Source of the DNA: an uncultured virus (IMG/VR IMGVR_UViG_3300043429_001189)
Lineage: Duplodnaviria; Heunggongvirae; Uroviricota; Caudoviricetes
DNA: 64,000 nucleotides
IMG/VR virus record: IMGVR_UViG_3300043429_001189
Coordinates: 1 to 64,000 of that record
Direction: 5' to 3' (one strand)
The translations under genes and the position numbers were made by a program. Under the pieces are notes generated by a model. The model saw only the letters and a list, made by a program, of their open reading frames with translations. It did not search any database and was not told where the DNA came from. The stretch's first letter is position 1. The number at the start of each line of letters is the position of its first letter. Positions 57,867-64,000 of the stretch are shown here, in pieces.

Positions 57867-60800
57867 CTATTTCAATAAAAGTATTCTTTTTAATTGTTGC
57901 AGAATTTCCGTTTGTGTCCTCTATTAAAAGTTCAACTCCAAATATTCCTGGGTAAGTAAATGTCCACATTATTTTCGAATCAGATGTTTCTACTAAAGTT
58001 TCTTCATTTTCTTTAATCTTCCATAAATATTTAGATTTACCTGATATTTTAGAAGTATCTGATGTAAATAATATAGAAACACCTATTGGAAATTTTCCAT
58101 TTTTATTGTTGGCCCAAGTTTCCTCCCATGTTAATGCTCCGCCGATTGATCTTTCATAAGGTAATCTTTGTGAATCAGATTCAGCCAGGCTAGAATTACT
58201 AAAATAAGGCGATGATATGTATGAATATGTAGAAGGTAAATCACTTGCTGGGTACCAACCTTTATATCCAAAAGGACTTAATCCTTCAAATAAATATGTT
58301 TGAATGTTTCTGTAATTTATAACAAAATCATTTAACCCAGTCAAAAAACTTCCTACTTTATTTTCACCAAATCCCAGCCAAGAATAATAATTGCCAACAG
58401 GAAACGAGTGGGATAGCGAAGAAATATTACCATCGGGTGCTTCAAATGTTAACCCACCTTCACCTGTAAGATACCCTAAACAGTCTACGCTTGGTGTTTT
58501 TGCCTGCGCAATTATTTTAAAGTTGGCAGCAATATCACCGGATAAAACCTGTGTTGAAATAACTCCAGTATTCCATTCAGCATAAAAGGATAAAGAATTT
58601 CCACTTCCGGTGAAAGGAGAAGATAAAGTTATTTCACGAATAACACCTTGCTGTACAAAAATATTTGTAACTGTTGCAGGCGCTGTTGGGTACAATGGCA
58701 AGTAGTCTGATGTCAGAATATCACCAGGAGCTATCTGATTTTCTAATAGACCTGCAACATTTTTAATTTTATAGTCACCTACTATACAGTCACCTATAAA
58801 AGTAGCTTTCTTTTTGATATCTTTATCTAATGTTACAGTAGTTCCTGTAATTCCCAATACGGTTGAAACTTTTTCAAAAGGTTCGCCATATATTACATCT
58901 CCCACATTAATAGCTGAAGAAGTAAAAAATGAATTGGGATCAGAATAAGTGTTAATGTTTATAAAGATTGGAGATACATATTGTTCTGATATTGGATAAT
59001 AATAAAATTTGTTTAATCCTTGAGATGTTAAGTTATTTAATTCATAAAGAGCTTGAGCATAAATTTGCGCCGTACTCATTCCTCCTACAATTCCAGTAAA
59101 ATTATAAGTATCGTCTTCATTAAAAGTTAATCCACTATTTTGTACCAAATCATTAATGATAAAATTACACCAATATGAATTTGAAAAGTCTAATGTATTC
59201 CAAGATAATGCACAAGATTCTTGCCAAATTACATCTTTGTAATTTTGCCATGTAATAATATTAGAACCTAATTTTCTTTCAGCGCTATCTTCATCAAAAT
59301 TTCTTTGACACACCTGAAATGAAGAAGAAATTTTAAGTAAATCATTTTCTTGATCAGATACAGATAAAATTGTGCCTACACCATTTTTCCAATTACCTAT
59401 TTGTGTAACTTGCAAAGAAAAATCTCCGTACAAAATTCCGTTATCAAAGTACCAATTTGTATGATTAGCTATTGCGGTAGAATCAAATTCAGATGAAGGC
59501 GCATTATTAAAATCTCCTGACGAAGGATACATATTAAAATCAAAATAAATATTTGCAGCACCTCCTACATTTTCTCCATAGTAAATTCTTGTAGGAAATT
59601 CTTGATATTCGTATTCTAAATAAACATTTTCAATTCCTTCTGCTGCTAAATTAATTAAATAAGAATTTAATTCATCAATAGGTCCACCGTTTATTCCTGC
59701 AATATCTATTACATATATTTCAGATTCAGACCAAATATCATAAATGGATCCAACATTACTTGTGTCCAAGTAAACGTGCGTTGTTCTAAAATCTTGCGTG
59801 TATTTTAGTTCATTATCTAAATATGCATACAGTTTAATTTGCGTAAATCCTGGCCGTATTTCATCAAGAGGATTACATGTGACGGCGGATTTTTTAATAT
59901 AAATTTTACCTAAATGATCACGCTTTTCAGGGATATTTGAATTTACTGATTCAATTACCCAAGCAGAAGATGAAATTATAGGATTCCAATTCAAATCACC
60001 ATTCAAAGGTTCACCGTCTCTAACTTTATAGATTTTTCCAATTTCTCCTTTTTTAAGTAAAGATAAATCATTGCCTTCTCCATTAAGTATTATATTTGAA
60101 GGTTGTCCGCTATACGTATTTTTTCCATTAATAGGTATACGTTTTCTTATTGGCGAATTGTTTCTTTGTACCGCTTTTATAAACTTTCCTACACTTATGC
60201 CTGATGGATTAGTATCTTCATTGTAAATTTTATTTCCGTTTAAGGTAATAGTTCCACCTATTTCACGCAAAACTTCCCATGTTGCAGGAGAAGCCTTAAA
60301 AGCTTCAGGCGGTTCAGAAAAAAGCTCAATATATGTATATTCAGGATTTGAATAATCCGAACCTAATACATTAAGTTGATACACAGTTTCATCTCTTCTT
60401 ATAAATATCCATTCGTCATCAGGATTATATAACGGGTCTATCGGCGGATAAAGTCTTTGCCCTTGAACAATAATTGTAGGATTAACCGCTGGCGGATTTG
60501 TGGTAGAATCTTGATACCCAATAACAGGTCCTTCTAAATTATCTTCAGGCGATATTTCAACAATCGGAAATTCTTCACAATAAGGAAAGCTATAATTATT
60601 AATATCAGAAATATCTGAAATATCAAGATTATCCCATCTAAAATCAAAAGATTCCCAAATAGAATTATTAAATATGGGATTTATCCATCTACCGGTAGAA
60701 TTATCCCAATTAAAATCTATGTATCTATTATTTTCAATTTCTTGCTGCGTTTGATTTTGCTGTGTATTAGGTAATTGCTTTAATGAATCCCATGTATTAA

Positions 60801-63800
60801 CACAGCCATTTAAAAATTTTGCAATATAAGAAAAATCAGACTCTGCCATATAAACTTCTATGCAGTTCTTTTTTATTAAATTTGCAAAATTATTATCTGT
60901 ATTATAAACAATTAATTCAACCGTGTATTTTCCAACATAAGGAAGAACGACTGTGTGATCTATAAGTAAATCTATGGGTTGAACTCCGCTATCATAATTA
61001 AATTGATTTGTTGGTTTTTCAGGTTCTGATAAAACCACTTTCCATTGCATTTGATAAAATTCGCCTCTTCCTAAATCATTCCATGTAAATATTGATCTAG
61101 TGTGTCCACTATTCACATTAACTTCTGGCGTGGATATGTATCCTGTACCTGCATTAGTAACTTCCACTCCTTGATGGACAAAGATTTTATCACCAGATTG
61201 AACAGTTGTTGATGCTGGCGTTAAATCATAATTTTCTACCGTAATGGTTGATGTTCCAAGACCTACTGTTACATTTGATGTTAGTACAATATTTGATATA
61301 TTGTCTCCTGTAACAAGTCTGTTAGAAGTAACATTAAATGACCCTGCGGGCGCAATTTCAGGGCTAACGTTAAAAACATTATTTGTGCCACCTCCTGTTG
61401 AACCAACAGAAACAACAGTATATTCAAGTAAATTAAGTTGTCCTTTTCTTAAAGAAGCTGATAATGTAGCATTTGCGCCTTCTTGACTTACAACCTTTAA
61501 TGTTGGTGTAAATTTATATTCGGTGCCTGGATTAATAATTTCAGCGGCTATAACTTCACCTGTTCCGTTTGGAAGAGGATCTACGTGAACAATAACATTG
61601 GCATTTGTACTTCCTCCTAATTCATACCAAGTATATGGAACTTCATCCCAAGTAATCGGAAATTCAGTTGACAAAGAAGCAACAGCTCCTACAGGTATAT
61701 TAGGTGCATCATTCCACGCGGGAGTTCTAGTTCCGTTATTAATATTTCCTACTGGGGTGCCGTCATAAATTTTTAAATTTAATTCTGTAACCGTACCTAA
61801 ATTAGGTGTAAAATTTGCAACTGGGTATGTTGAGTACCCTAATCCTTTATTTAAAAACCAAACATCTTCAACTTCAAATCCTAAATCTGACGGTGCTGCA
61901 GTAAATCCTGATCTATTTACAACTTCATATTGTGTTCCAACAGGAGAAACTACCAAAGATTGGCCAAAAGCTTGAGGAAACGAAGAATATCCTGAACCTT
62001 GTAAAGACCCTTCTTGAATTATTACATCAGTTACCACACCCAATCCTGTAACACCTGATACTATCAATCTTAACGGAGATTCATATGTTCCGCCATTAAG
62101 AGTTATTATATCCCCCACAATAAAATCTGTACCAGCAGGATTTGCTAATGAATATGATCCAGTATACCCTTTCATTTTAACATATCCTGTTGCTTGTTGA
62201 TTTGAAGTTCCTGGAAATGTTACATTAGGTATACTTGTATATGGGCCGCCTGGCGAAGTTATTGAAATATCTAAAATATCATACCTATTCATAAAAGACT
62301 GTAAAGTCTTTTCTAAAGTAGGACTTAAATATGCATCTGATGTATATGGACGTAAATCCTGAATAATTGCTCTGTCTTCACATGTAAAATTAATAGGGCG
62401 CGTTAATTCTAAAACTCTTCGTTCATCAACATTTCGCCAAGAATTAATTGCATATCTTTCATAATAAACGCCTTCACCTGTTATATCAGTTATTTGACTG
62501 TTAAGAGGCAGAAATTTTTCTTTAAGATATTTTTTAAGAGCAAAGAATTTAATTAAGGCTTCCTCATTTGTAAATTCAAATGCATCAGTTGTTATAGGTA
62601 TGCCATTTTCATCAAAATTCCCTGAATCTTTAACCAAATCATAAAAAAGCCCAAACATACTGGTTTTTTTATAGTGCTTGCTTGGAACTAAATTTAATGA
62701 TTCTCCACTTTGTTTTTTGTCTTTTAACTGAAAAGCAATAGGTACTTGTCTATACGTTCCAAATTCGGTATCTAAGCTATTTACATTTAAAAAGTATTCT
62801 TTAAGTCTGATATCATAATAACCAAACCAATTTATAATATTAACCAATCCTTTATATGATCCAACGTAAGGCCAGATTTGATCTCCTTGTAGGAGCATTT
62901 CACGTCTTTTTTGGTTTAATAAAATATAGTCAACATTAGATTCATCTACATCTGAATCTCTAAGTATTAATTCCTGTTCAAGATCAACATCTCTACCTAT
63001 ATTTGATAATAATATTCCTAGTCTTTCATCTTCAGCTTCAGTTTCAGCTCTATAAACTCCGTACATTAATAATCCAGGATTTGATGCAAATGTTATATCA
63101 AGAATCCTAAAAATCGTTATAAATACTCCTTCTACATTTGACTGATGTCCTATGTTTATCGTTAAAGGAGTTTTTTGAATATTTTCATAAACTGTTCTTT
63201 GATATAACTGATTATTTGCAGGTCCTCCAATTGGCGACGACGGTATGGTGTCGGATGATGCAGCTTGTGTAAATTCAAATTCCAATGAAGCCGATTTGGT
63301 AATTGTAGGATAATCTTCATTGTAATTTACATCAAATAAAAAGAAAGAATCATCGCCTTCTACATAAGCTTTAAATTTAGGAACTACTTGATATGTTATT
63401 CCCGCACCCGGTGTAGTGCCAACGGTTAAAGACGTATCAAAATATAAGTTAAAAGTATCAACTTTAGTTAAAACATACGGCCCTCCATCAAGAGCACCTC
63501 CGTCTATAAATATTTTTGATCCAGCCTGTAAATCATGTGGAAAATATGCAGTAAAATTTATTTCTCCTAAAGATGTACCGGGTATTGGATTAGTTAAAGT
63601 AATTGATTGTGAACTTGTGTTAATATCAAAAATAAAAGTGTTTTCAGGTATGCCTGTACCACTAATATTCATTCCTACAACAAGATTTGCAATTGTAGCT
63701 GCTGGTATTCTTGCAACAACATTTGCATCATACTCTCTAACAAGTCCCGTAAAGGTAAATGATTCAATTTCAATTTTAGCACTACTGCCGTTTGCTGAAA

Positions 63801-64000
63801 AAGAATTTATATTAAACGGTCCATAATTTTCAATTCTTGGAAATGTATATGTACTTTTTCCATTGGAATCAAAAATATTTTCCAATATGTAAATTTGGTC
63901 AACTGATATTAAGTCAGTAGATACACGTTCTAAACTATAATCTATTATGTAATCTGTCGACGGAGTAGGAAAATCATTATTATTAATTGAGTTGGGAATA
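57838..64000 (-). CDS. Very large baseplate wedge-like protein with PKD-like domains, 5'-partial
   Basis: The frame stays open upstream of the track's TTG at 63885 to the window edge. It contains GSYKGLVNIINWFG, repeated I.NPG..Y...P motifs and PKD-like PGIFGVELLIEDTNG. Confidence 0.7.
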   Translation of the reverse strand, partial: IPNSINNNDFPTPSTDYIIDYSLERVSTDLISVDQIYILENIFDSNGKSTYTFPRIENYGPFNINSFSANGSSAKIEIESFTFTGLVREYDANVVARIPAATIANLVVGMNISGTGIPENTFIFDINTSSQSITLTNPIPGTSLGEINFTAYFPHDLQAGSKIFIDGGALDGGPYVLTKVDTFNLYFDTSLTVGTTPGAGITYQVVPKFKAYVEGDDSFFLFDVNYNEDYPTITKSASLEFEFTQAASSDTIPSSPIGGPANNQLYQRTVYENIQKTPLTINIGHQSNVEGVFITIFRILDITFASNPGLLMYGVYRAETEAEDERLGILLSNIGRDVDLEQELILRDSDVDESNVDYILLNQKRREMLLQGDQIWPYVGSYKGLVNIINWFGYYDIRLKEYFLNVNSLDTEFGTYRQVPIAFQLKDKKQSGESLNLVPSKHYKKTSMFGLFYDLVKDSGNFDENGIPITTDAFEFTNEEALIKFFALKKYLKEKFLPLNSQITDITGEGVYYERYAINSWRNVDERRVLELTRPINFTCEDRAIIQDLRPYTSDAYLSPTLEKTLQSFMNRYDILDISITSPGGPYTSIPNVTFPGTSNQQATGYVKMKGYTGSYSLANPAGTDFIVGDIITLNGGTYESPLRLIVSGVTGLGVVTDVIIQEGSLQGSGYSSFPQAFGQSLVVSPVGTQYEVVNRSGFTAAPSDLGFEVEDVWFLNKGLGYSTYPVANFTPNLGTVTELNLKIYDGTPVGNINNGTRTPAWNDAPNIPVGAVASLSTEFPITWDEVPYTWYELGGSTNANVIVHVDPLPNGTGEVIAAEIINPGTEYKFTPTLKVVSQEGANATLSASLRKGQLNLLEYTVVSVGSTGGGTNNVFNVSPEIAPAGSFNVTSNRLVTGDNISNIVLTSNVTVGLGTSTITVENYDLTPASTTVQSGDKIFVHQGVEVTNAGTGYISTPEVNVNSGHTRSIFTWNDLGRGEFYQMQWKVVLSEPEKPTNQFNYDSGVQPIDLLIDHTVVLPYVGKYTVELIVYNTDNNFANLIKKNCIEVYMAESDFSYIAKFLNGCVNTWDSLKQLPNTQQNQTQQEIENNRYIDFNWDNSTGRWINPIFNNSIWESFDFRWDNLDISDISDINNYSFPYCEEFPIVEISPEDNLEGPVIGYQDSTTNPPAVNPTIIVQGQRLYPPIDPLYNPDDEWIFIRRDETVYQLNVLGSDYSNPEYTYIELFSEPPEAFKASPATWEVLREIGGTITLNGNKIYNEDTNPSGISVGKFIKAVQRNNSPIRKRIPINGKNTYSGQPSNIILNGEGNDLSLLKKGEIGKIYKVRDGEPLNGDLNWNPIISSSAWVIESVNSNIPEKRDHLGKIYIKKSAVTCNPLDEIRPGFTQIKLYAYLDNELKYTQDFRTTHVYLDTSNVGSIYDIWSESEIYVIDIAGINGGPIDELNSYLINLAAEGIENVYLEYEYQEFPTRIYYGENVGGAANIYFDFNMYPSSGDFNNAPSSEFDSTAIANHTNWYFDNGILYGDFSLQVTQIGNWKNGVGTILSVSDQENDLLKISSSFQVCQRNFDEDSAERKLGSNIITWQNYKDVIWQESCALSWNTLDFSNSYWCNFIINDLVQNSGLTFNEDDTYNFTGIVGGMSTAQIYAQALYELNNLTSQGLNKFYYYPISEQYVSPIFININTYSDPNSFFTSSAINVGDVIYGEPFEKVSTVLGITGTTVTLDKDIKKKATFIGDCIVGDYKIKNVAGLLENQIAPGDILTSDYLPLYPTAPATVTNIFVQQGVIREITLSSPFTGSGNSLSFYAEWNTGVISTQVLSGDIAANFKIIAQAKTPSVDCLGYLTGEGGLTFEAPDGNISSLSHSFPVGNYYSWLGFGENKVGSFLTGLNDFVINYRNIQTYLFEGLSPFGYKGWYPASDLPSTYSYISSPYFSNSSLAESDSQRLPYERSIGGALTWEETWANNKNGKFPIGVSILFTSDTSKISGKSKYLWKIKENEETLVETSDSKIMWTFTYPGIFGVELLIEDTNGNSATIKKNTFIEIDENFGSQTN

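Noticed and set aside
3920..63826. Numerous plus-strand ORFs antisense to long minus-strand genes (e.g. 3920-4198, 19526-20056, 21457-21804, 25254-25679, 63416-63826)
   Set aside because: They overlap well-supported genes, mostly in antisense register, and are Ser/Phe/Leu-rich with no motifs: shadow ORFs.
1..64000. Alternative genetic code (TAG/TGA recoding) as seen in some huge phages
   Set aside because: Genes are full-length and tightly packed in the standard code, and both TAG (e.g. 15294, 54508) and TGA (e.g. 14696, 22303 region overlaps) serve as real stops.
1..64000. CRISPR arrays, tRNA genes, DGR/retron reverse transcriptase
   Set aside because: Intergenic gaps are very short. No repeat-spacer pattern or cloverleaf was seen by eye and no RT-like ORF is present. 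A covariance-model search was not possible.

Overview
This AT-rich, gene-dense window is part of a large T4-like (jumbo-type) tailed phage genome, coded almost entirely on the minus strand in the standard genetic code. A Bacteroidota host is likely (inference from A-rich start regions without Shine-Dalgarno sites and a Flavobacterium-like NrdB). 1-5.4 kb holds nucleotide metabolism and replication genes: nrdA fractured by a split intein and followed by a free-standing PD-(D/E)xK endonuclease, nrdB, an N-terminal-only family B DNA polymerase and a dCTPase/dUTPase. hsp20 follows on the plus strand. 6.1-22.3 kb is a locus of unrelated proteins, about 15 of which share an N-terminal peptide resembling the T4 capsid-targeting sequence. 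It includes two RNA-ligase-like proteins (one with an active-site mini-intein), a Pol-beta nucleotidyltransferase, a HIGH-family nucleotidyltransferase, an HTH-AAA ATPase and a ferritin. 22.3-28.3 kb encodes UvsW, an exonuclease, UvsY, primase, gp32 and a RuvC-like nuclease. 28.6-52.2 kb and 56.5-64 kb encode very large virion (tail/baseplate/fibre) proteins. 52.2-56.4 kb encodes a NEIL1-like glycosylase, a 3'-5' exonuclease, a SET protein, PhoH, a HAD phosphatase and a GIY-YIG endonuclease. A recurrent (G/A)ATATATA late-promoter-like motif lies in the loop of translation-occluding hairpins at three sites. The best candidate for an undescribed system is a capsid-packaged, injected nucleotidyl-transfer/RNA-ligase enzyme set. 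All functional calls come from motif reading; no database searches were run.
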